Shown one piece after another: positions 1 to 11,650 of a stretch of DNA of 64,000 bases (within the stretch, counting starts at the first letter, position 1; each line of letters opens with the position of its first letter). The DNA lies in assembly GCA_045837725.1 (NCBI GenBank), contig JBEWZL010000027.1, positions 1 through 64,000 on the forward strand, written 5' to 3'. Source of the stretch: Vermamoeba vermiformis. Its lineage: Eukaryota. The notes under the pieces were generated by a model. It was not told the DNA's origin. It made no database searches and was given only the letters and a program-made list of their open reading frames with translations. Both the position numbers and the translations under genes were made by a program.

Positions 1-599
1 ATTCGTCGTAATCTTCGCCTACTCTCCAACGACAATTTTGTTGCACAATATTTATTTACTAATTGCAATGTATTTTTAAAACGAACTATTGTATTAATGA
101 CTTTCCTTCAGGCTGGCTTCTTACGGATGTACAGGTTTGGCGCCAAATTTAATGCAGCTCAGTTTGCGGTACCGCATCAGCTGATGAAAAGCACGAGTGT
201 TTTAATGAGCTGGATTGTCCACTGCTTGCCGGCTTTCAAATCAGATCGAATAAAAACTGCTACAAATCCCAAAAAAAGTAAGTATCAACGGAATTCGTTT
301 AGTCCGCGCGCAACATAGCGGGTATTTGATTCCTTGAAGCACAAATATTCGTGCAAAGAAAACTAAGTACTGGCGTACATTACCCATCAAATTAGTCGAA
401 ATTTCTAAATGTTTTCTTCGCCAAATCTAGTTTAGTCAGTGCACCAAATTACCGAACTTTTCTGTGAGAAGTAGTGTATCACCTGATAATTTAAACGGGT
501 ATAAATAACGTTCAAAAGCTCAATGTTTTGACCCATCGAACAACATCCACAACAAAACGTTTTACTACAACATCTCATAGCGTTTATTCAACACTCTTA

Positions 600-2368
600 A
601 TGTCTTCGAGACGTCGTACTACTATAGCAGTCTTATTAGGACTGCTCGTTCAACTCATCGCTGCTCAAACTTCATCATGGGCCGTAAAAAACAGGCAGAT
701 CACGAAGGACGGCGAAGTCTTCATGATTAAGGGAGTCAACTATGCTCCTATGCCTCCTGGTGCTGGTGTAGGCGAAGCTACTCAATGGGGAGATCTGTTC
801 CACTCTCAATGGGCTCACTTGCACGACCGCGACATTCCTCTAATGCGCGAGGCTGGAGTCAACTCGATCCGCATCTACCAACTTCAATTGAAGGATCCTG
901 TCTCTAAGGCCGACTTGTAAGTGGTAGTTTTTATTTAGGACGTTGTAAATCTGGTTGAAATTACGACTTCTACAACTCGATCTGAAATTTCAGTACGCGG
1001 AATTCAAATTTCTTTTTTTTTTGATAACACAAGATACGAGGTCTGAAATAGCTTCATAAATGATGTATATTAACATATATCTTCCTTAGGGACCACAAGT
1101 CATTCTTCGACAAGTTGTACAACAATGGCAACAATCCGATCTACATTTTGATCACCTACGCCATTAGCACTCCTTTCACTTACTTGGGTCCCTTCGACAC
1201 TCAACCTGCTACTGGTGAATCTTGGCAAGCTGACGGCAAGTGGTACCAGATCGATCAATCTAAGGAGAACGATAACGCTCTTCAACGCGAGATCGAATCC
1301 AACATTGTCGCGGAAATCGCACAAGAATACGGCTCTCACCCTGCTGTCATGGGCTTTGTCATCGGTAACGAACAAAACAACGCCGTTACTCGTGGTAACT
1401 GCCAGTTCTGGGCGTGGATCAACAGCATCGCTGCACGTGTCAAACAAGCTGCTCCGAACAAATTGGCAGCCACGACCATCGTCGACGACAACTTCCTTAC
1501 TGTCAAGGCCGCCATTGCTTGCAATGTCTTGAACGATTTGGACGTGTGGGGCATCAACGCTTATCGTGGCCGAGTCGACGTTGGCTTCGACAACTTGTTC
1601 ACTGACTTTGCTGCCAATGCTCCTCAAGCTCTGTTGATCACTGAATTCGGTTGCCCTTCAAGCACTCGTGACGCTTCTAACAACTACATTATGATGCCTC
1701 AAAACTCGAAATCTCAAGGTGACTACTTGAAGGTGCATTGGGACGACATTGTTGCGCACAACACGATCTGCTCTGGTGGCTACGCGTTCAGTTGGGTCGA
1801 TGAATGGTGGAAGCTCGGCAACCCTAGCACTCAGGACCAAGACGACGCCAGAAACGGCGCTTTTCCTGGTACTTATGCTGACGAAGAGTCATACGGTCTC
1901 GTTGCTTTGAACGTTGACTGCGACAAAATCAATGACTGGGCAACTCGTGTCGATCAAGCCTTGCCTCGTGCTGTGTACTTCACCATGGGCCAGATGTTCG
2001 GTGCTTGGACTGAAGTTCCCGCTCAAGCCTATCAACCCATCAACTACCCTCGTTGCAATGGCAAATGGGTCGGTGATTCTGGTAGTCCCAATGCTGTCAC
2101 TCCAGTGGATCCGCAACAACCTGTCGCTGCTGTACCGACTACTACGACCACCCCTGAAACTACGACCACCCCCGAAACTCAGACCACTCCGACCACGGTG
2201 GATCCGCAAGAACCAACCACAGTGACCACTCCTGTTGACAACACCAACCCTCCTTCCGTCATTGCTGCTCCTATTGACGGTACTGGCAATCAAAATGCCA
2301 ACTCTGCTTCCGGTGTGGCCTGCAGTGTCGCTGTTATGGGCTTGTCTATCATCGCACTCGTTTTATAA
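600..2368 (+). CDS. Secreted, probably GPI-anchored clan GH-A glycoside hydrolase (GH2 TIM-barrel/GH72/GH158-like), 2 exons
   Basis: ATG at 600 with a signal peptide. GT-AG intron 917-1089 joins KADL to DHKSFF. Motifs IKGVNY, GVNSIRIY, GNEQN (acid/base), ITEFG (nucleophile) and FSWVDEWWK, then a Pro/Thr-rich linker and a hydrophobic C-terminal tail. Confidence 0.85.
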
Positions 2369-2668
2369 TTTTGAGGTGGCACCTGCCGCTAACTTTTAGT
2401 TGTTTATAGAATAGAAAAACCGCGATAATATTTAAATTGCTGTAACTTTAATAAAAACGATTTTTTCGTTCAATCTTTCGGCTTGATCTTGAATACTTTC
2501 ATTATGAATCGCTTTGTTTTTAGTACTGAATGTTACGCTGCGTGTGAAATGACCGAAATTCCTTTGGTTCCGAAATTTCAGGCCTTTTTGGCCACGTGAT
2601 CGAACATTCTACGCCGCAATTTAAATAGAAGCGGACCAGAACTGCGTTATTTTCGAATATTGTGCAAG

Positions 2669-3460
2669 ATGAATACTTCTTCATATTTGCAACTAAACGG
2701 CAGAAAGGCGCTTGTTACCGGCGGAACAAAAGGCATCGGACAGGCTGTCGCTAAAGCACTGATGGATCAAGGCGTGCAAGTTCTTGTAGCAGCAAGATCA
2801 AGACCAGAGCATCCCTTAGAAGAGCCACATATGTTTGTTGCAGCGGACGTATCGACATCAACTGGCTGCGCGCTGGTTGTACGAGCCGTCGAAGAGCACT
2901 TCAAAGGTGTTGACATCATAGTCCATGTAGCCGGTGGATCATCAGCGCCTTCTGGAGGATATGCAGTACTCGGTGATGATGAGTGGCAAAGAACAATGGA
3001 TCTCAATTTAATGTCCGCTGTGCGGATAGACAGAGCCTTACTTCCGAATATGGTAAGGCGAGGTTCAGGAGTCATAATCCACGTTACATCGATTCAAAGC
3101 AAGTCCCCGTTGTACGAAGCCACAATAGCCTATGCCGCCTCCAAAGCAGCATTGTCAAACTACAGCAAAGCCTTGTCCAAAGAAGTCAGTCCGAAAGGCA
3201 TTCGCGTCGTTCGAGTTTCACCTGGTTGGGTTGAAACTGAAGCCGCAGTTGGACTAGTAGAAACTATTGCGACAGAAACGAAGATATCAGTTGACGTTGC
3301 CAAGCAATTGCTCATGAATTCACTTGGAGGTATTCCTATTGGTCGTCCAGCCAAACCAAAAGAAGTAGCGGACTTGATCTGTTTTCTCTCATCTCCTCTC
3401 GCGGCTTCAATTACTGGTACGGAATACGTTATTGATGGAGGCACTATCAACACTGTATGA
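2669..3460 (+). CDS. Short-chain dehydrogenase/reductase, intronless, bacterial-like
   Basis: TGGTKGIG Rossmann motif, YAASK catalytic motif, VSPGWVET, and C-terminal ITGTEYVIDGG. Confidence 0.92.
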   Translation: MNTSSYLQLNGRKALVTGGTKGIGQAVAKALMDQGVQVLVAARSRPEHPLEEPHMFVAADVSTSTGCALVVRAVEEHFKGVDIIVHVAGGSSAPSGGYAVLGDDEWQRTMDLNLMSAVRIDRALLPNMVRRGSGVIIHVTSIQSKSPLYEATIAYAASKAALSNYSKALSKEVSPKGIRVVRVSPGWVETEAAVGLVETIATETKISVDVAKQLLMNSLGGIPIGRPAKPKEVADLICFLSSPLAASITGTEYVIDGGTINTV

Positions 3461-3733
3461 GCACACAACTGGACCCTCCAACGGAAAATGGAGATCGCGA
3501 TCGATGTTCATTTCTCCGACTACGACTCCACCGTGGTTTTAAACCCTACTGATTGTCGAATAAATTGATTGGAATCAATATAATTGTATTACAATACCAG
3601 AACTGTTGTCCCTTTGGCAAAAAAAAATATCTATCGAGATCTCGTAGTTCGGCATTTTCCTTGGTCGGCAATTTGAATTTAAATAATGTAACTACATAAA
3701 CACAAGGCGAGCCACGGAAGCGACGAGTGCGAA

Positions 3734-5211
3734 ATGACGGAACCGGTGGCTATCCCTGTAACCGAACCAACCACATCTGTGGACAAGGTTAATGATAATA
3801 CTGAAGCAATTTTAGCGATCAAAATTGTCTCTTTATTCGTCGTACCGGCTATTGGATTTGGTGGAGTGTAAGTAATCAATACAGCAGGCTACTGTCGGTT
3901 TTTTTGATCCAGATTAGATCACAAACTCCCTATTGTCAAATTCTATACGGCGATTTACCTTCAAAAATTCGATCAGATAATGTATTAAGAATAAATTTAC
4001 TAATAGTTCATTTTTAGATTGCTTCCAATGTTCGTTAAAAAGATCAGGGAAAATGAAAAAATCCTCTCATATTGCAACGTTATTTCTGGCGCGCTTTTGC
4101 TTGGATTTGGCTTTTTATCAATGTAAGAGACCTAAAAATAATAACAGCCCGTTTAATTTAATGCAATTCAAAAATCGTAAAAACTCACTCCTTGGCCTTT
4201 GAAAATCACATTTCTATAATCTACAGCCTAAGATCTAAATATCTACTATACTTTAGAATAGTTATACTACTTTTTCAATCGAACTTCAGTTCCCTGGAAC
4301 CTTCCCGAAGAAAATTGTTTTTGACATGCGTGTCAACATGTCACTTTCCTAACGAACCTCTATTATTAGGCTGCCTGAGGCACAGTCAGAATTTGCACCG
4401 TTCAAAGAATCAGCTAGCGGATTTCCTATTATAGAAGCGCTCGTCTTCTTGAGCTTCTTTTTGGTGCTCACTCTGGAACATTTCATGAACGGCCTCGTCG
4501 CTAAAGCCGATGCAAAGATCGGTCACGAGGTTTCAGTGAACGACGACAGCGATACGAGAAAGATGCCGCTGTTGGGTGCTGCTCATAACTCCGTGGAAAA
4601 TGGAAATACAACCATTTACGATGTCGATGCTTACGTGCTTCACAGTGACAACCACAAGCACAAAAAGAAAAACAATCAAATATTGCCGTACCTGCTCGTC
4701 GCCGGCTTGGGCTTCCACTCCGTTTTTGAAGGCTTGGTGCTCGGCTTAGGAAACAATTTTCACAGTAAGTGACTCGATGACACGTGTCAAAATGTCATTT
4801 TATTTGCAGATCTGAGACTCACTATCACTTTCAGGCGTGTTGATTTTGTTCATTGCGATTGCTGTATCAATGTTCGGCGAAGGTTTTGCTATGGGCGTTA
4901 GTTTTGTCAAAGCTGAAATGACGCGCAAGAAGTCGCTCATTATCACAGCCATTTTTGTCGTGTTATTGCCATTAGGAACGATCATTGGCATTATATTAGA
5001 GCACTCGCCTGACGTAGACGAGACTACTAGTGCTTTAGTCTCCGCTATTGCTAGCGCCATTGCTGTCGGAATCTTTTTGTACACCGCGACAGTTAGTGTC
5101 TTCAGCGAAGAATTTGCCAAGCCAGACGGTCACGTGTACATCAAAATCTTGGTTGCTGTTGTCGTATTTATTGCGATGGGCTGTCTCAAATTGTTGGAAG
5201 AAAGCGCGTAA
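3734..5211 (+). CDS. ZIP-family (Zrt/Irt-like) metal transporter, multi-exon
   Basis: Spliced exons read MTEPVAIP...KIVSLFVVPAIG / LLPMFVK...CNVISGALLLG / LPEAQSE...LEHF, then a His-rich loop (HSDNHKHK), GFHSVFEGLVLG, and the TM-rich last exon ending at 5211. Confidence 0.85.
4778..4797. promoter_or_regulatory. Recurrent palindrome TGACACGTGTCA, often followed by nnnTGTCA (representative copy)
   Basis: Perfect copies at 4778, 37751, 54272, 63220 and 63598. Near copies at 4322, 43381 and 55689. Function unknown. Confidence 0.5.
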
Positions 5212-5741
5212 AAAATCAAACGGGCCTTCAATACCTAAAACCTTCGAAACTTGTTCTTGTACATAAAACTCTCAATCATTTTTGACCATTTTTTTTAAGC
5301 AGCACGTTTTATCTTGTCTTTTTTGGCGTACATACAACGGATTATTGATACTAAATGTAGCAGCAGCCAATATTTTTATAGATTGCAAGATCCGTTTGGT
5401 GATTCACACAGGACAAATGCGTCAAACCATTACTTAAAGCTGCCTAATCGCAAGCTAAGACTGCTAGCGTCATGAATAGACGGCCAAAGATCCAATTATG
5501 ATATGATACTGTCGGCCCAGTTCACATGGTACTCGTACACAGGCTAAAAATGCAACGCGACAAGTTCCTGATCCAAAGTTACAAACGGACATGAAATAGG
5601 TCCACTAATGTTCCTAAAAGACGTGACAGCAGTGTTTCAGTGAAGCGAGAGTTTATTTCATGAACGAATAGCTCTCTAACAAAAATACATTCGAGTCAAT
5701 AAGCTAAAACTCGAATGAGGCTGAAGAACCTCTAGAGTATT

Positions 5742-7316
5742 TTAGTTGGAAGTGATTTGGAAGCCAGTCTCACGTTCAGCCAAAGTGAAGGAGTGAGAGT
5801 GAGTGGATCCGCAAGAACCTTCGCAAACAGCGGCGATGACTTGGTAGCCACCAGCAACGAAGGGTTGATCTTGAGAAGGCTCAGCTTGGAATTGGAATTG
5901 GTATCTGTAGAGACCAGGAGCCAAGTTAAGAACCAAACCACCATCACCTACAGGCAATTTGTTAGTATTTGAAACGAGCGGATCCGATAATTGAAATGAT
6001 TTAAAATTTGACATGTCCGTTGATCCGCAACTAACTGATTTGCTTCGGTACAATGAAATATTAAAGCTTTCGATAATAATATTGACGCAAAAATTGTTTG
6101 GCGGAGTTTTGGGGAGGATTTGGGATCACATCCTTGAAAAAGCAATAAATGAAAGATATTCTAACTTACCGAAGGGGTCACCTTGAGGAGGGTTGACCTC
6201 GAAGACGATTTCACCAGTGCCGATGGCGTTGGTGACTTGAAGAGTAACGAAGACGTTGAAAGTGTCGCCTACATCCCGCGTTAGAATTGAAATTTGACGG
6301 AGAACACGAGCTTTATAATCGATATTTACCTTGTTGACCAGACTTGGGGGAGACAGTCAAAGCAGTCATGTTGGCCTTGGCGTTGTCATTGATGGTGCAG
6401 AGGCTGAGCTCTTCGCAAATCCAGATGGGATCGGGATCAGCACTAAAACGCGAGTTTGGTAATTACTAGCTATTTTATAGGTGATAGTAGATATTTTGTT
6501 AATAATTTTTAATGATTTGAGTGGATGGGACGCAATTGTCTCCCCTTTTGAAGTTTCGATCAACCTTTCCAACAATTTAAAGACGTCTTTTAGACAAATA
6601 AAAGAGATTTACAGATTTTTAAGTATAAAGGCACGATAAATATAAAGATAAATCAAATATCACGTAACCGCATCCACAAAATAATGAGATGGAACTAAAA
6701 ATAGTCGGCAATGCAATCTTCATCGCTAACGCCGTATTAATCAAGAAATAACGAGCGACTTACTCATCAACGAGCTTAACGAACTCCTCAATACCAACAA
6801 CGTCGCAGAGCATGTTGCAGCCAGCAGACAAGATTTGGTTGGGCAAGTAAGAGCAGAGACCAGCGCAGCCACCAACAACACCAACGTTGGCAATGATGTT
6901 CAAGAGTTGGTCAATGGCTTGGTCCATGAAGGAAACCTAAATTGCAGTGGATCGTTAGTCATTGTCGTGGATTTGGTTTGCCGAGGCTATTTCCGAAGTG
7001 CGCTAATCGATGAAATCAAGTATCTAGCGATTATGATGCTAAAGAGAATACAGGACAAAAAAATCCCACGCAGTATTGGCATGGGACCGGTTCAGATGAG
7101 CATTAATTTATCGATAAAACTAACTTCAGTTAATCAGATTCGGTTAATTTCCGAATCAAAACTTACGCAGAAACCGCAAAGCTCGATCTTAGGCTTGGGG
7201 GAAACCTTGGAGTGCTCCTTGACGCGCTCAACGGAGACGAGCTTGACCTTGGCGGCGAAAACTTCTTGGCTTGCGAACAAGCAGATCAACAAAATGGCGA
7301 GGGTAGCCTTCAACAT
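5742..7316 (-). CDS. Countin-like secreted saposin-domain protein
   Basis: Signal peptide, then spliced ELCGFCVSFMDQAIDQLLNIIANVGVVGGCAGLCSYLPNQ...CNMLCDVVGIEEFVKLV..DPDPIWICEELSLC and C-terminal VCEGSCGSTHSHS. This matches the Dictyostelium countin pattern. Confidence 0.8.
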
Positions 7317-7587
7317 TGTTGTTATTCGATAAAGAATATGAATAAAACAGATTTTTAGCGGAGGGTTTTTATGTCCTGTTATCTTGTCTCGATTTGACAG
7401 GTCGTGGCTTAACTGAAATTTAATTAAGTCATGATTCGCTGGATCCCGCTGACATTTTTTAGGCTTTAGATTATTCTAAAGCAAAATGTCGCCTATATTA
7501 TGACAATGATTGTGTATTGCAGATCCGGGTAAAATCGAAGCGCAGTTTTAATATTACAAAATTTTGCTATTTTTGGAAGCAGATCTG

Positions 7588-9130
7588 TCATATTAATCCT
7601 TTCTGCTTCATCTTCGTATTGACTTTATCTGATAGCAGCTTAATTTGATTGCTTAAACTTGTCACTGACTGCTCCAATTTCAAGCGCACGTTAATTTCCT
7701 CATCTATCAAACTGTATAGGAAGTCTATATATTCGACTATGGCCTCGCGTGAATACCGGCTTAAATCTATATGCAAATCCAACGGCATTTCATCAACCGC
7801 TAATAACTGAAACAAAGCGAATCAGATCTCATTTGGACTCTAAAAATAGGAAAAATGACATTGACTTACGTGCGGCGCTTTTAATTGCTGAACTGCTCGC
7901 ATTAAATTTCTTTGTTCGCTTTGATGCGTTTTGAGTATTTGATGCACTTCTCGCATGGCCATTTCCACTTTTCCTTGTTCTCCTTGCTGAAAATCCAATC
8001 GTTGCGTCATGCCCTTTACAGCGTTTTGTGCTTGACTTTGAAGCGTTATCAAGCCTTTCTGAACCTCGTCAATCGATAGTTCCCGAGTAGCCGTGTCATT
8101 TGCACGTGTGTTTGTTGAGTCTAAATGCTTTACAGCGTCGTTGATAAGAGCTGGATCTGGTGCTTTGGCTTGAAAATTATTCGACTCTGGCGGACTACAC
8201 AAACGAATAGTATTAGCTCAAAAAGCCTATTGATACGTATTATATATCACTTACCTTGTTGTAGGACTCTTTGTAGGCTTGCCTAAGAAAGGCCTGAGAA
8301 AAATTTTGGCGTAAGTGTCACGCGCACTTGTCACAATAAAATTGATATAATACGCACTTATTGTCTCTTGTCCTCGGTCTAATTCGCAGCACGTTGTCGA
8401 GCACTAACGATCCAATCAGTTCTGATTGATGGTCGACGTCATACATCTTATAAATAGCTCCGTATTCTATCTCTGTGTTCTTCAACTAAAAACACCAGAT
8501 CCGCGTTAGTTCATTCAATCCATGATTATATTATTATAGACAATACATACGGTGATTTTTCCTAATGGTCTTAGTTGCATTCTCAATCGCTCATAGACCG
8601 TAAATGTCAATACTGCGGTGTCTTGATATTTGTACCAGTCATCGAGGATAAACGGCTCCCAAGATACATCGTAGCCTTAGTATAGTAATAATAATAATAT
8701 ATTAATGCTAATTAAGCCACTTACCGCTTTTCTTTTTGTCTTCTGATTTGTATAACAATTCAGATCCGTTATTGGTGACTTCTAAGTAATCTAACAAGAC
8801 AGTCAATATGATAATAATTAACGATATATACGAGACTCTTACATAATGATTCTCTAGAGGTCGTAGTGGCAGTTGTTACGAGCAGCGTGTTGTAACAGAT
8901 TTGAAGTCGTAACTTCTTTATTAGATCTGGACGATTAAAGAATTGCAGTTGAACATCTGGAGGTAGCTATAAAATAATACGATGTTATTTTTCGTTAATT
9001 TATTTTGCGAATTAATTGAATTTTTGGATCAGATGGAAAATATCCGGTAAATAGTTATAATGCTTCATTTACTTACGTCTTCAATATATGATATTTTTTG
9101 ATCATTTATACTTGGCGGGGGCGAAGAAGA
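7588..9130 (-). CDS. Hypothetical multi-exon protein with a coiled-coil C-terminus (5' end uncertain)
   Basis: Series of exons bounded by GT-AG sites (e.g. LPPDVQLQFFNRPDLIKKLRLQIC) plus ORFs 7840-8202 and 7588-7815. No family recognised. Confidence 0.45.
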
Positions 9131-9552
9131 AGCACTGTTGGGCTTTGACTTTGATTTATCTTTTTTCTTGCCGCTTCAAATTTCATTAAATTAATTGATT
9201 ATTAATAATTCGTCCTATATTATTTCTTACAACATATGGCTCTTCTATTATTACCGTCTGAAATGTTCGAACAAAGAAATACATTCCGTTTTCGCTGGAA
9301 ATGTCAAAGTTACGCACTCACGTGCCAATAATTCCGACTCACTTGACAGACTTGAACATAATATATAGTAATAGTAGAACTCTTATATAACCGCTATTTA
9401 TTATTTAAAGAACTTGTAGGTCCACATGGAAAAGCGAATTTTGTTTTATTATAAACAATTCCAGTGCTTGATCTGCGGGTCCGACATTTATTTTCTTATT
9501 ACTGTTATGCATTTACTACTAATAGTACTGTAAATTTATTGTTACCAACTCG

Positions 9553-11544
9553 TCATTGATTCTTTGGGCAGGTGGATCTGATCGGAAGATGGTTACACGA
9601 GATCAAAATTCTGCTTCGTAAGAGCTTTCGGTTCCTTAATAAAGTCATCAAAGTTCCATCCAACAGGTGCAGTAATAAGTTTGATGTTCCTATTCGATAA
9701 ACTCTGCGGCAATTTCCAGGTAACATCTTCCACGATGAGTTTTCGTAACTTGCTACATCCGCTGAGTAAAGCTTCAAAATTGGCTAGTACCGTAGAATTC
9801 TTGATATATAGCCACTCGAGGTTATGTAGACCAGAAAATAGGTTCACCCAGAACTCCAGTTCTGGTTCAGCCACATCCAGTACGAGATGCGTCAAGTTTT
9901 TACATTTGGAAATTTCAACCAGGATTTGTGGCTCATAAGGAACGCTCTTTAATATTAGCTTGCGTAATGTTGGTGCATTGGCTTCGATTAAATATGCACA
10001 AGAAACATTCGGGGCTCTAACATTAAAAAAGTTAGTAAGCGGATCTGGTTTTGAGCTTGGTTTCCAAATAAGGAAATATTATGTATTAACTTACTGCCTA
10101 AATGCAAATAAATACAATTCTTCAAGCTTATTTTGACTCTCGTGTAATGTTCGAAATCCTTCGTCGTTAATACCGGACGCAGGATAATGCATGACAAGTT
10201 TCTAAATATAGGTCGATTAGTACGATAGATATTATATTCATTAATATAATCACGTGCTTTCAGTGAACGATCATATCTTCCAAGCATTTTCAAGGCTGAA
10301 TTAGTGTTGCCTTGTAACGACCAATTAAACTCTTCTAATTCTTTGCAATTTTCCAGTAAATTTTTGATTGCTTCATCCCTATAGTATAATAGAAAAGACA
10401 TATTATTAGCATTAATGCGATTTAAAATCTTTTTAAGCGAGATCCGGATCCTTACGAAATTTTTGCTCCAAAAAAGTCGACAATCTTGAGCTTGGGGCAT
10501 TGCTGGCTAATAGCAGTGATATGTCTCGTATCAATTTCAACAACGTTTTGTAAATTTAACTCGGTTAGAGTCTTAGGCATATTTTGAACTGCTGCATCCG
10601 TCAAGTAATTGTAACCAGGCAACAAAAATGTTTCTAGCTGCGGAAAAATAGAGCCAGAATACTTTAATATCTCATTATCGAGATATTTAGGCAATTGAAG
10701 CCTATTAAAAATTGCATTAGTACAAACGTAACGGAAATCTCTTTTCGAAATATTATTGCATAATAGATACGTATTAAACTGTTAATATTATATACGTACC
10801 TCTTTAAGGGTATTTTATAAGGTCGTTTGCTTATTTCTTCGAATGGCGTCGTTTCTGTCGATAACTGGGTGCACCCTTTTAAGTTGAGCTCTCGTAAATG
10901 CTTCAATTCAAATATGAAGTTAAGATCTAATATAAAGGTAATTAGTATACAATTAATATCGATGTTTGAGGTACTTACGCTCAATATGAACGAGTTCTAT
11001 GGAGAGTACTTCCAACAGCGGACAAAACTCCGGAATATTTTGCGCAATTCCGTCCGATAGCTCGAAAGAACGTTTGAATTTTAGTACTTTAAGATTGGGC
11101 AACGATTTTAATATGGTTTGGTAGGCCCCAACAGGCATTTTTGACAGATTCGACAAGTTGAGTTTGACAACTCGCTTGCCATCGACTTGATCCAATAAAC
11201 CAAAGACTTTGGTAGCACTAAAAATAAAATAAAATTAATTTATGCTAATTGTTGATATGGAAAGTATTAAATAAGGCCATTAGCTTCATAGCAAAAAAAA
11301 ATAAAACAAAAAGATTTACCAAACAAATATATATACCGCGTTTGCCATATTATATTACATACCTTGAGAGTGAAAATCGATTACTTGCTTTTATAGAAAA
11401 ATCTGCAGCAATAGGAAACGGGATCGGAGGATTGTAGATCAAAGCTCGAAACTCCGAGTTAATCAATGAGCACCGCCCAAACAATAGCTTAAATGGCACA
11501 CGTTTTAATATATCTACAATAATTTCTCTTGGTAGTGTGTTCAT
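9553..11544 (-). CDS. F-box/LRR protein, multi-exon
   Basis: N-terminal F-box MNTLPREIIVDILKRVP...CSLINSEF, followed by LRR exons (LRELNLKGCTQLS, CPKLKIVDF, CKELEEF, CSKLRKLIV). The 3' end is approximate. Confidence 0.7.
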
Positions 11545-11650
11545 CTTGCAAAATAACTTCAAAAAAAGCCCGCCTAATCATTCATTGCTAAATTTACAAT
11601 ACCAACGTCCTTAATGCAACCACACATCAGGATACAGCACTAAATATATT

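Noticed and set aside
1100-2293. Antisense ORFs 1100-1627 and 1889-2293
   Set aside because: These are shadow ORFs opposite the codon-biased glycosidase exon, with no recognisable motifs.
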